Positions 14,601 through 27,385 of a DNA stretch of 56,744 nt are shown here, one piece after another; position 1 is the first letter of the stretch; the number at the start of each line of letters is the position of its first letter. Under the pieces are notes generated by a model. The model had not been told where the DNA came from, did not search any database, and saw nothing but the letters and a program-made list of their open reading frames with translations. The position numbers were made by a program, and so were the translations under genes. Source of the DNA: Catajapyx aquilonaris (Eukaryota); the NCBI GenBank assembly GCA_000934665.2, contig JYFJ02002471.1:1-56744 (forward strand), written 5' to 3'.

Positions 14601-17600
14601 GGACAGTCAAGGATGACCAATATTTCATCGACGATCGGGCCACCATTTGGGGAAAAGGTAGGTTCTTTTCAAATTCCCACCTTTGTTAAGACAAGCAAGA
14701 GAAAAGCTCTCTTCCTTCTCTCTCTGGCAGGTTTTTTTTGGTGCACAAACGTGGTTAGGAAAGAGACTTCCGGACGCTCCGTATTTAATTTCCTGTTTGC
14801 ACAGACGCGTTGTCAACAAGGCGCTTTACAAGTAGGCGAAAAGTGTGAGAGAAAATGCTTCTAGACATTTTGTCGGCTGACGAGAAATAGCACACTGCCC
14901 GCAATGCAACCAGATACTTCTCCTATTTTTTTCTCGTCTCCAACGGACTTGAAATCCAGCAATTCCACCACTCCGATATGGGCTGGGAAGTGGGCATAAA
15001 TATCTTCCGAGCTGCAATCATTCCCCGGGGAGTAGGGACACAAAAAAGCACTTTTATGGAAGAGTTTTTTTATTATTAAAAAAATCCCTGAGAGCAGACG
15101 TGTCGATAAGGTAAGAAAATTCTCCGAAAAGCTTGGGATTACAGTAAATATGAGAGTGTCTGGAAATTTCTGACTTTAAAAGGAGCATCAAAAAGTTGCA
15201 CATAGCAATAATAACTATTGTTAAAGTAGGGGAGTGGAAGAAGTCGTCTTATTGCTTTTCTTGTGGATTCCGCGGGCAGTGTCGTTTCAGCAAAACAAGT
15301 TACTTAAACACCCTGCAGGGATAGGAAATATTTGCGAACAAGGATTGTTATTGTCTTAACTGCAGCCTGTTATCTGGTAATCGGATTGAAGATGTGGTAC
15401 ATCCCCAGGGTAGTGTTGCTATACCCAGCAAACTTTTTCCAGCAAATATAACAGAGTACATGCAGTATCAAGCATTGAGCTGGAAGCGACGTAGAAAGGC
15501 GGCGGGGATATCGGAATCCGCTGAAATCGATGTGCAGTTGCAGTGTCTTGTTTAGGTTACTTTATGAATGTGATTGAATACTGTGCTTACAAAAATGTAG
15601 GAGATTTTCAATGCCAACATGTAAAGGCCTCGCAATGACTTGTTGACAGATATGTTCACAATTAGAATCCGGAGTGTTAGTTGTAAATTAGCTTACATTA
15701 ATTTAGACAAATCATGCAAAATGACTGATATACTGTACAGTGAAACCTGCCTGTATTCAATGGGATGTTGGGAATCACAATATTTTTGCTTTATCCTGGG
15801 GCACGGGCAGGATAGCATATTTCGTATGCCCCGTATGACAAAGCTGCTCAATTATGAATTTTTTTTCGTGAAATGAAGAGTTTCCGCTATATCGTGCCCA
15901 GCTTTCACTGTAATATACCCGTCACCATGCAACGGGAAGATCAGATCTAATGTGAACCTTCACCTCAGCTCGTCAGCGCTTCATGTCAACCATTTCATAC
16001 GGCTAGAGCAGTCTCTATTAGATTAAGCTGTACTGTAGCTTCCCATGCAACTGTCAGTAAAAATTTCAAAAGGGCATTCTCACTAATCCTGTAGAGGGAA
16101 CCTTTAAAAGCCCAAATGAGAAATCCCAGCTAATGTGAACGAGTGTTAATTCAAATACAATTTTTTTTTAACTAGCAGCAGAGAGAGAGCACGTTCCTAA
16201 TGTGCTAATAATTATTCAGCAGCTGAGCTAATATGGCAGTTGAAAAGGAAATGCCCTTGATGCTACATAACCCCCTTTTCCCAGACTCAGAACCGAAACT
16301 ATCCTGCCTGGTGGTGTATTGACTTTACGTGCTTTGAGCGGCAAGGGGCCAAAACGCAAGTTTCTCTTTGTAGAAAAACCCGAAGGAAACGTGCCCATCC
16401 TTCCCAGAGGACATCACCAGTTCCCATTCCGGTTCCAATTGCCGGAAAGCTCTTTGCCTTGTTCCTTCGAGAGCAAAGCGGGAACCATCCGCTATTACAT
16501 TAAGGTGGGCTTCTCCCCAGCAAGATACTCCTCTACTCGACCTTTTTTTCTTATTTTGTAACAAGCTACCCTCTATTGTAGGTGACTGTCGACATCCCAT
16601 ACGCTTCTCCACCTCAGGGAATGAAGTACTTCACCATCATTGGTCCACACATTGACTGCATGGACGAACAGTACCTGGTCTGTACTTCCTTTTTACTTAA
16701 CATTTTCAAGTTAAAGCAATAGCTAAAATATATTTGGACGTGCTTTAAACCCAACTCGCAACCAAGCCAGAATTAAAGTCTAAAGTGCGGCAATGTGGGG
16801 TGTCTGTGCAAGTGACATGGTCCGAGAGGGTCCGAGCAGCCATGTGCACACTGCCCTCTAGTCCAACCAGAAAAAAATGGGTGTGAAAATGTCAGATGGT
16901 CGGAAGGCAATGAGGAAAAGGGAAATGGAGAGAGTAGCTTTGGGCCTAGTAGTGCTAACTGCATCATCTCTCCGGCGCAAATCGGATTTCCTCTCTCTAG
17001 ATGGGCGGGGACAGACGTGGGAAAAAGCTTTTTGGACACAAAAAAATCCCTTATATATTTTTGATGTCATGTCTCACTTGTTAGAAACCATTGGTGGGTC
17101 AGGACAAAAAGACCACTTGCTGCCTGTGCTGCGAGAGAGGCCCAGTGGCTCTTAGGACACAGCTGGAGAGGTCAGCCTATGTCTGCGGAGAGAGTATCCG
17201 ACTCAAGGCGGATATTGACAACCAGAGTGAGGAAGAAGTTCGCTTGCAGCTCAAGCTCATGCAGGTGAGGTGTCCGTCCATTTTTGCCACCCAGTAACTA
17301 AAATCGATGGTCCCATCCGGAAATTTTCCGGGGCTCCGATTGTCTTTTGGTGCAGCAGATAGAACCGGGTTCCCACGATAAAAAAAACTCTCCATCCGCC
17401 ATGCTAAGAGACTGATGCCCGCAGGTATTGGGATCGTTATTACGGACCTCCCCAACCCCCAACCCCCACCAACCCAACCCAGACATCCTTTGCTCGCCTG
17501 CACCGCTTGGAGAGGCTGGGAAATATTGACGACCTGATTACAGACAGGAAAACCAACTCCTTATTTTGCTGGAAAACAATGAATGGCTTGCGACCACCCT

Positions 17601-19222
17601 AACTCGATAATGGAAGGGCCTTTTGTTCCACATCCAGACCTTTATTGGCTGCCTGAAAAGTACACTCGAATTATTCTGCTCCTATAGCATTGGGTTTCAT
17701 TTGTATTGTACACGAGTGTACGAATTGCACAATTCATGATAATCTTTCAACAAAAACGAACTTGTCAAAGCCTTTCATTTAAGCCGACATTGCAGATCCT
17801 TATAGATACAATGGTGTCGCCATTGGGGGTCAGGTCATCTGGGCCATTGGATGAATATTTCTCCCACCATCAGGGCAGTAATTAACGCACGCAAATGTTG
17901 AAAATTTCCGGTCCCTTCCATTCTACTGGGAGCACCTACAAGTTTAGTGGTGGAAAACGCAGAATGCTAGGCATCATGAGAAAGAAGGTCCGATCGGCTT
18001 TCTGCAACAGTTTATTAGCGCCCGCTGCAGAAAACGAACCTTAAAGAATTTATGACCGCTTTGAGGGGAAAAACAGGCCTATGCCTGAAAAAATATCGAC
18101 TTGCGCTTTTGTTGCCGGTCACTGACTTAAGCCGGTACAGGGTTTCGCACATTCAGGGCTTGAAATCATATATGAATTCATCGGGCATGCCCATTCCTGG
18201 CTTGAGGTTTAACATTGCAGATATGCCAAAATTCAAATTGCAGTACGTGGAATACTTCATCGACCGAGGCGTGTTGGGAGTGACTAAGGAGGTACAACAC
18301 GCCGTACTTGAGTACGCCGGAGAGCCAGTCAGAGCACACACCCGCTCCAAATGGGACTCGGCCCAATCCCTCGTGGTTCCAGTCATGCCTCCGACTCTGG
18401 TCGGAGTCTGCCGCCTTCTTCAGATTTACTACGTGCTCAAGGTAAGCCTACTGACACATCCTGTACTGCTTCCACTAAAGGTCAGCAGCACACTATCTGG
18501 CAATAACACGAACCTGCTGCCTTCCCCCGAATGCATTTTGTATGAGCCTGGCTGCTGCAGGGTTCTCTGAAAGTTTAACCAGACAGATGTGACCGCATGC
18601 TCCTGCCCTTCCCCCTACATTTTCCAGGTCCACCTGACGTTTGAAAAATCCGGAGACGACCTTCACATGCACTTCCCATTGACCATAGCCAACGTGCCCT
18701 TTAGGATCCCCAACGCTCAGCATCCGCCTTCGATACACTACGGTAGGTCCAGCGTTCGATCCATTTCTCCAGAGGGTTTTAACCCGTCTGAATTTTTCTG
18801 CCGGCAGAGGTGGCGGCCGACTACGTGGAGGGTGGAATGTATATCGGACCTGAATTCCAGCTGGGACAAGTGTACGACGGAGGACTGGACACCACGGACC
18901 CAATCCTGCTTTATCGTCCAGTCTATGTGTGCGTAGGAGCAAAGAGCAAGACAGGGTCTAGGACACCTGCGACTGCTCGATCGCACGGGTCAGTGACTTT
19001 TTGACTATCAGCCATCGCTGCTGGTTATAGCAGGGACTAATGTGTAGATTTGACAGGGTGCTGGGCAGACAGAGTCCTTCGAGCAGCCAGAACCTGCTGG
19101 TGAAGACGCCTCAGAAGTCAGACTCGTTGAAGACCAACCTCACAAGTCAGGTCGGGTCAGGGGGCGACTCCAAGGTGGGCAGCAATCAAACCCGATCAGG
19201 AAGCGGTGGAAAGACCTCTTGA
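11603..19222 (+). CDS. Arrestin domain-containing protein (alpha-arrestin, ARRDC family), 9 exons, about 433 aa
   Basis: Exons 11603-11714, 14535-14657, 16374-16504, 16582-16677, 17085-17264, 18244-18441, 18628-18742, 18808-18988, 19057-19222. All introns are GT-AG with matching phases; total 1302 nt. Arrestin_N motifs: FYAGEVLSGHVVL, LRGKAHAEW, LPRGHHQFPFRFQLP-SLPCSFESKAGTIRYYIKV. Arrestin_C motifs: AYVCGESIRLKADIDNQS, VPVMPPT-CRLLQIYYVLKV, FPLTIANVP. An in-frame TGA lies just upstream of the ATG. Confidence 0.93.
15738..15910. mobile_element. Probable pogo/Tigger (Tc1/mariner superfamily) MITE in ARRDC intron 2
   Basis: TA|CAGTGAAACCTG ... CAGCTTTCACTG|TA: inverted repeat matching at 11 of 12 positions with TA on both sides; 173 bp, non-coding. 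Confidence 0.5.
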
Positions 19223-22200
19223 CCCCGCCATCAGTCGGTCAGCTAAAAAGGGGCTGACCTCCCTTCCCTGTTTGTACACCTTCTCATATCCTGCAGCATG
19301 GCGACGCAGTTGTGATGATCTCCAAGTGCCGAAGAGAGGTTCAAATGTGCAACGGCCTTTGACCCCCAAACCTTGACCCCCCCCTCCCCCTGAATAGAGA
19401 TTGTCCAACTGATATATCCTTACCTATACCAAAACTTACTTTCTTATCCTGCATATCCCCACCCCCACATCATATACATAGTTTTTGCTGTCGTTCATAT
19501 TGTGTGTGTCTGTGTGTGTCCGGGATCAAGCATATACTCTCGTGTTCAAAAAGTAACAGTGTTGTCTCAAATGGCGGTCACATTCGGACGGAATTCAACA
19601 GCAGCTGTGCCTTTTGAACCAACCAGTTTGCAGCTATTTTTCCCAGACATGAACCACACGAGGCAGTTTACATTTTTGTGGACATATTACCCGGGAAGGT
19701 TGGCCATTTTTTTGTGTGGTCGACTGGTAATATTAATATCTACTGTATACAAAATTATCGAGGATGACGAAATAATACCTACCTATAGATAAAAAGAGAA
19801 TGCAGGGGGAAATAAAAGTCCATGTGCCCCAGTTATTTCTAAATGGCAGAATGAGAGAGAAAGGTTCAACTTAAACGGGCTGTTTAAAATAATTGTGCGA
19901 TGTCACTTTAACACAAAAGTTACTATTCTTCGATTCAGAAGTGAGTATGAAGTTAATCATTAATATGAAGTGGTTACATTTGTGTTAATGGGACACACCG
20001 CACCTTATAAAGCGCGTTTATGTTAGACAACCCGAATTCCACCAAAAGAGTGTCGGTCAAGTGCATTTTTCTAATTGGCAAAAAAATTACTGTGACAGTA
20101 CGCTTCAATGTCTGTCAACAAATTCATAATTGATCAATTTCCACTGGGAATATCCGCGGAATGTAAACAGTAAAAACCTATTATTTCGATCTAATGATGC
20201 CAGAGAAATTTGTTGCAACTGAGCCGTCCTAGTCAAGGTTACGGATTGCGTAACTTATCGGTTCTTAATGATTGTATCGATGATCGATATTAATTACTGA
20301 AGTTTGCCACGAGGAGAATCCGCAGGCTTCTTTGTAATACTATATCCCTCTCGCACTGTTAGCTAATTATTTGTTTGTTTACTTATTTATTGACGTACTG
20401 TTCTGCTTGTTATGCTCGTTCTACTCGTATATTGAACATGTTGCAATTTACAATCTTCAAAATGAAAATGATACAAGGCCGGAGTCGGAGTATGTGACGT
20501 TAAAGTACCTGTACATGCTGTTTAGAGGATTGAAATATTAACAACTTTGTAATTATTGGCCCTGAGGTAAAAAAAATTTAAACTTCATTTAACGCTTAAA
20601 TGAGCCTCGTAAAACCAGCCGTAAGCTATGTTTGCTAACAGGGCTTCCCGGATTATATACCTGCCCGTGTTTGCAAACTTGGTTTATACGTGATTTACAG
20701 GTAAACCTCAGTAAATTTGGTCAGCTGTTTACTTTAAATTCGCTCACTAATTTTATTACGCGGTTAACACCTATTAATAGTTTTATTAACACTCTCTTCA
20801 CGAATAAGTTTGTCATCGGTGAGAGTGAACAACTTCATGATTGTAAAGTGGATTTTTAAATAACCTCTGAAATTAAAAGAAAATTAAATTTTAAAATATT
20901 AATACTGCATATGATTGGCGTTATTGTAAACCGACCGGAGGAATTAAATTTTATGATGTACGACACTTAATATGGTACCGAATATTACTTATTATTAATA
21001 ACATTAATACAATTGGGTGACGTGGACTTTTGCGACACCTTGCATATCAGTGAGCTTCCCTGTAGAAGGATCAAAACTGGGGCATAACTATCCCAGACCT
21101 CACAATGTCTTTTTTTTAAAAGAAGTTATAACGTCGCACCAACAAGATTAATCCCACCGACCCCCGAATTTTTCTCCACGTAATCCCCATAATAATAATT
21201 ATTATTCACACCCAAAACACGTTTTTTACCGACAAAGAGAAGAATAGTTAGCGCTAATCACAACGCCTTGGATCGTGTAGAAGGGATGTTGGGACAAAAA
21301 TATATATACACGCTGAGATGCTTACTATCTTGTTCATCATTCATCATTCATATACATCACGGCTTGTTCCTAATTGAAGCTGACGTCAGAGATTACGAGA
21401 GAGTGTCACACATTGTTTTTAAGGTACAAGAGTTACGGGGATTTTATTGCAGATTTGCTAGCCTGAGTGTAGCAACGTGAATTTTCTTCAGTTACGTCAG
21501 ATCAGCTCGGAAGTGAAAGTAAGTGTAATTTTTTAAAAAGTGTTTAAAAACTGACGTATTATTTTCCAAAATTACTCTGCATCATGCTGGCATTACCATA
21601 CATTATACCATACTATAATGGGGTGCATTTTGTGACCCAAATATAAACGAATTATGGCTACAAATAAACGCCCTTGCGGCTTTAGCGAAAATGAATGAAC
21701 ATAATTCGACAACACTTTGCATGATTCCATATATTGAATAAAGGAACATACATGAGCATTATTCATGACCAAGTAAACAGTACCGGTACATGCAACATTT
21801 CTAAAAGCGAGCGAAAATTCGAAAAAAGTATGGTTAAGCTACTGCCTATTTTCGAGTTAGGAGCTATTCAAACGTAGTATTATTTAAAGAAACATTTGCC
21901 ATTTTTACTTCAAGAAATTGATTTTCACTTTTCTGATATTTAAAGATTTGCGTTGCAACCTCCACAGCAAGACATAAAGTGCTTTGCCTCCTCCTTCCAA
22001 GTTGGAAATCACTGTATATACCGGTATTTTAAAGGTCAGCAATCAGAAGCAATTTTTCTCTCTCAATAATTTACATTTGGCATACTGTAACTATTTAGTT
22101 GTAGCATCCATCGCAGCAAATTAAAATGTGAAAGAGACTGTGCATTGTCGCACCAGCAACCGATTGAGACGGAGAGACAGTCATATTGTTGTCACGTGTC

Positions 22201-23399
22201 GTCCAAGAACTATGTGACAAAATGATCGCATTAGTTTTTATTACTTCACATACACTCAGGTATGTGTGTGCCTACACCGCTATAATACATCACGAAAGTA
22301 TATTAGACCGAAATTGGATTTACCTCCTTGTCACTGTATATTACGAGATGGCACGATTAATAAGAGATTATATAAGAGGCACAACGTAGTACATTTTAAT
22401 TCAGTTTATTCTTCAACGTGCTTGGTACAATGTCATTAAAGAATATTGCTAATAGCTGGGACTTACGCACATAAAGCCCCCGCATGTTGTTGGGCAGCAT
22501 ATGTCACCTGAGAAACCGCAGTCTAAGCATATGTCATTGCAGGTACCGAAAATTTGTGGTGGGCATTTCGGCTCTGAAAATCATTCAAAAATGCACGCTT
22601 ACAATATATTCAATCCCATGACATCTTGTTAGAGCAAATGTTATGCCACTTACTCATAGGTGGTGGTATCCTCGCAGCAAGCGCGACCTGTCATAAAATG
22701 CACATATTATTTTGAGTTTTCCTGCATAATTTGCTACTCGTAAAATTGAAATACCTGGACAATGATGACCATGCAAATAAGGAAGAACACCCCGACTCTC
22801 ATTGCTTTCATAATTCCTGCCTCTAGGTATGATAGTGTGGCGTATGATGCCTCGCTCCGGATGCTTATGCGGGTATGACGCCTAGTTATAAATCACACAC
22901 GAGTGTACATATTGCTACAAGCATATATGGTCCCGTCACGTCAGCACATTCCATCCAGGCTGGAACAATCGACAACCCCCGCCATACCCACCCACCCCTC
23001 TCCCACCCAGCACATAGACAAAGACACGCTTCATCCAGCATACCCACAGCTGGGCACCCAGTTAATTACTCACGTTATGCAATTAGTTGACAGTCAAATG
23101 TCATCCCCGGCGATGGCTTCCGTCCTGCTGCTAATAACCGTGGCCTGGGACGGGGACCCTATACAAAAATGTGGGTGCATCAGTTCATCACTTTTATGTA
23201 ATTAGGCTACATGGCTTTTTCAAAAAAGAGCTGTTGGGAAAATGCCGCCAAATTCATAAATTGGCCGGTGGGAAATAAAATTCAGCTGACAATTTTTTGG
23301 GGGTCAAATGTCCACAGGTTCAGACACATATGGATCCTCCGCATCGTGTTGGGCAGCATATCTGTCCCCATTCTGCGCATTCATAGCACATGTCACGAC

Positions 23400-24540
23400 A
23401 ATGCCCATCGACCAGACCACGACATCGACGATACCAGGGCGACGATCCCTGATTAGTGGAACCCTCGCTGATTGGAGGCAACCCGGAGATTTCCTGAGAG
23501 CAAATCATGCAATTATCTCTGGAATTGCAGCCAAGCAATATCTAGTAACTCACCCAACGCAGCAGAACTAGAAGTAAACACGCCACAACAAAGACACCCC
23601 TCATAATGACCACCTGTGTAATGAAACCCAATTACGAGGACTCCCCAGCTTATATTGCGAAAAACCGCCATGGAAAAAAGATAACCTATATTGGCGCACC
23701 ACAACTGAAGGCCTCGGCGGTGGGATTTTTCGCCGAAAATTGTCCAATTTTCATCTGGAAGCTTGCAGGAAGCGGCCAGCCCCAGAGGAAGTGGGTCAGC
23801 AGATAGAAGTAGCGGAAGTGCGCCTGAGTTGACCTGAATTGTAGGAATATCGACTACCTGGAGATGAATCATCTTTCTATAGCATATCGCCCGGGTAAAA
23901 AAATCAGAAAAATCCGGAGTTCTTTAAATGGCTCCCACGAAGCGTGCACAAGGTAGCCGCTGTGAAAGTTAGTGGCAGCTACTCAAAAGGAAAAAGGAGA
24001 TTCAATAGAGTCCGCTGCATTGCTTCCTCCACACTGTTTCCTCCGGTCGTCCCACATTTGAATAACAAATCTCCAGGAGGTTTTCTTGGGAGTCACTCGA
24101 TCCAGACCCAATCGATCGGCAGCGGTCTTCTAATGGAGATCTAGACGGAAACGGATGCTGTAGCTGCTCCTTAAGAGGACAACGGACAAACCTGTCGTCA
24201 CTTCCGTTGAGAAATTAGGACTCGATGCACAGCACCAGGGTTCTGCCGAATTTGCAAGTAAGACGTATCTGTTCTGTCCCGAGAAGCGACAGTCGTGTAT
24301 GAATTACAGGGAACGAAACTCGGTAGGTCATGGCCACTAGTCCTGTGGCATCAGAGGGGATCAGCAGGTCGGGTGTGATTCATGCAGAAGCATCTGGGAA
24401 GCCAGGAAAATCCTCCGGCGGTTCGGGTAACTGATTATGTCGCAGGAGACCGAGGATGACGGCCAGATCAACTCGGATCGTAGCCACCCACGTTGTACGA
24501 CTTGTTTTACGTCATCGAGAAATGGCTGTGAAGATATGAC
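23400..24540 (+). mobile_element. Heavily decayed Ty3/gypsy-like LTR retrotransposon pol fragment (RT / RNase H / integrase)
   Basis: Frame-hopping motifs in gypsy order: IDD (about 23425); DFLRANHAII; MTTCVMKPNYEDSP; IDYLEMNHLSIAYRPGKK, resembling the RNase H tail (about 23850-23900); F(W)PNLQ..DVS..FC..QSC, resembling the integrase zinc finger (about 24240-24300); VTDY..PDQ..LYDLF, resembling the integrase core (about 24425-24510). Many stops and frameshifts; no LTRs seen; boundaries approximate. Confidence 0.45.
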
Positions 24541-27385
24541 TTAATCCAACATTCTACTGTGCAGTGTAATAATTATGGAGGTTTGCAAAATAATATTCGT
24601 GTAATAATGAAATAATGACTAAGATACGTTGCATAATGCCAACAAAAGTGCGAAAATTCTTATTATCTTCTCACTAGTTAGGAGTGCACATTCCTTTACT
24701 TACAACTTCTTCAATTAACATTTCACAAGTATTAGAAATTCGATTCGAGCTGGGGTAATTTCATATTGTGCACCTTTAAAACTGTTTATGGCGACCGGAA
24801 AATCTCAGCCAGTTTCGAAAGAAACTTTGCAAAAAAAAGACCAGTGCATCATGCCGCCTTTACCAGGAACAAGACGCTGGGGACTGAGAGAGCCCCTTAG
24901 GGATCGTATAAAGGAGTTTGTTTCGCCAAGATTTTTTGGTGTAAATGGTGCCTGACAGACTCAACAAAAGAGGAAGGGGAAAAAAATATGCTAATTAGGC
25001 TTTGTTCCTATGACTTGATATGTCGGGGTTTTACTGTTGCATATTTGCAACTTAGGAAACAATTAGACAATTCAGGCTATGAAACAAAATAGAAAATATC
25101 GTGGCGTATTCATATATAACAAACGTTTTCAGCCGTATAGAAAACTCAGCCAAATAATAAGCACAAATTTTTCAAAGATAAAAATTGACAAACATAAATA
25201 CGTACAGGTCAACGACAATATGTGACAATCATAACCCTTAATTAATTAATTAAACTTAAAATGTTGTAATCATAAGGGCATTTATGCCAATTCGGCGTGT
25301 CCTGCTGCAAGTACAAAAATTAAAACATTAATTTTCTCAGATCTTGCTTGGTAAGCCTTGCTTTTACTGTAAAATGTGGAATTCGCAAAACCCAATCCCG
25401 CCCTACTTTAATATATCTCAGCAAAAATCCTCCTTCTAAAAAACTCTTTCCAGGGTTCACTTCCCTCCCGGAATTATACGTTCTCCTGCAAGATTGGTAT
25501 CTTTTGTACAGCTTCCTTTATACTATACAAGAACAAGATAGTTTTTTTTACAGCAAACGGCCCTTTGTCAGGAAATGAGATCAGTGCCTCATCATCTTTC
25601 CCAAGTCGATTCTCTTCACCTTTGACATCCAATTGTATACAGTTTACACAGTATGCTGTTGTCGCAGCATATCGAGCATGATTCGTTGGGATTGTGGCAC
25701 AAAGCACCAGGTTTGGATCGTGATACGGGGCAAAGGTCCCGGATTCTAATCACGTTTCACAGGACCACATTTGAAACAAGGCCCCCGTCTCTTCCGTTCA
25801 GATCCTATTTCATGAACTGAACCAGACAAACCAGCCGGAAAAGAGAAGAAAGAGCAGTAAGATTTTTTTCTTTTCTTTTCTCCCACACGTAGTCAGTGGA
25901 CGGACTGGAAGTAGCATTCGATCCGAATTGAAAGGCTAGAAAATCCCTCATCTGTGCTCCTCCTTTCGAAGCAGATCCTGCCTTCAGGTCCCACAATTTT
26001 CAGAGAGAGAAAAGGAAGTCCGGAAGGAATATGGTCGATTTTTCCTGACTCTACTCGTATATATACATAACAGGGCACAAAACTGATATCGAGAGCAGCA
26101 CCCAATATTGATGTCGAAAGCAGCATATTAAAATTGGTTGCATTCTCCTTCATTTACATGATGCACTCAGCACTTTTCCACTTCTGCAACAACAGTGTTT
26201 CACCTGTTAGTTTTCTGATTGGACTGAGTGGCTTTCAGGTGAATCTGTGAAATGACCCTCGGTGGTCGTTGCCTCCAAGAAGTGTCTCATTGCGTTACAA
26301 CCTGTCGCTTCAAGCAAAGGTTTGCTTTACACGGAATCGATAATGGACGTGGCGCATTTGTGTGAAGAGACCCGCCTGCTCCTCTCGTCCCTGCTGCATG
26401 CAATTCCATCCTCGAGTGCTCTGCATCATTGTACCTCCTCCTTTTTTTTCACTCCCTAACCTCTCACGTTCCTATTTCGTGCTTATCTACTGCGTTCATC
26501 CATCTTCTTACATAATCGCGTCTCAAGTGGAGCTCAAGGTAAAAAATATGTCAAGTGTTTCGTGCACAAATAAATTAGGTGTAGGTTACACTATACCAGC
26601 AAGCTGTACTTTGCCAGAGTAAATGTGTGCTTCCTAAATTTACTTTAAGTTGTCTTCACTATTTCTGCACTTTAAAAGCAGGTCACTAGCTAATTATGAA
26701 ATTATATTTTTTCTGGCAGTTTATATCATACGAGTATAAACAGAAAATTAGTGTAAGAATTTATTCTGTTATCGAGTCAGTTGAAACAGAAATATCACTA
26801 ACAAGTATTTTGCAATCAAATAAGGAAACTACTAAGTAGACTACGTTTACAAATTAATTTGTGCAACAATATGATATTATACGCAACCAATTTAATCATG
26901 GTGGGATAATAATAAGCACCATAAGCACAGTATCATAAACACACAGTACGCAATATATTCTACTGCAGCTTTAGAGGATGTAGGATTCCGTTTATCTTGA
27001 AGTGTACGTTACAAAAAGAAGGAATTCTGTACTACAAGGTCGTCAGAGGTCTTTGCTCTTCTCCACTTATCTCACAGATAGTAATTTCAAGGGCAAAGGT
27101 GCAGTAGGCCAAGCTTGTTGTCGTTTGAAAATTGTCATCCAAAACAGAATCCAACGGCAATATGAAACAATTTTATTTTTGAGCCTAATAATGGTGCCAC
27201 GAATAGAATGTATGTAGACCACACGGCGGCTCCAATCAGAGAGAGCCACACTTGAATAATAATCACGCATCACGCTGACTGCAGTGTCACCCGCGATGAA
27301 TCTGGGTGGCAGATAATTCACTCGTGATTCAAATACCCCTCGTTTATCGTCAGATACATCAGTCTGTGACCTCCACTGGTGCAAG

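Noticed and set aside
25700..26540. tRNA B-box-like GGTCCCGGATTCTAATC and exon-like segments upstream of GBA1
   Set aside because: No cloverleaf or A-box, and no convincing frame; at most a degraded SINE or non-coding exons.
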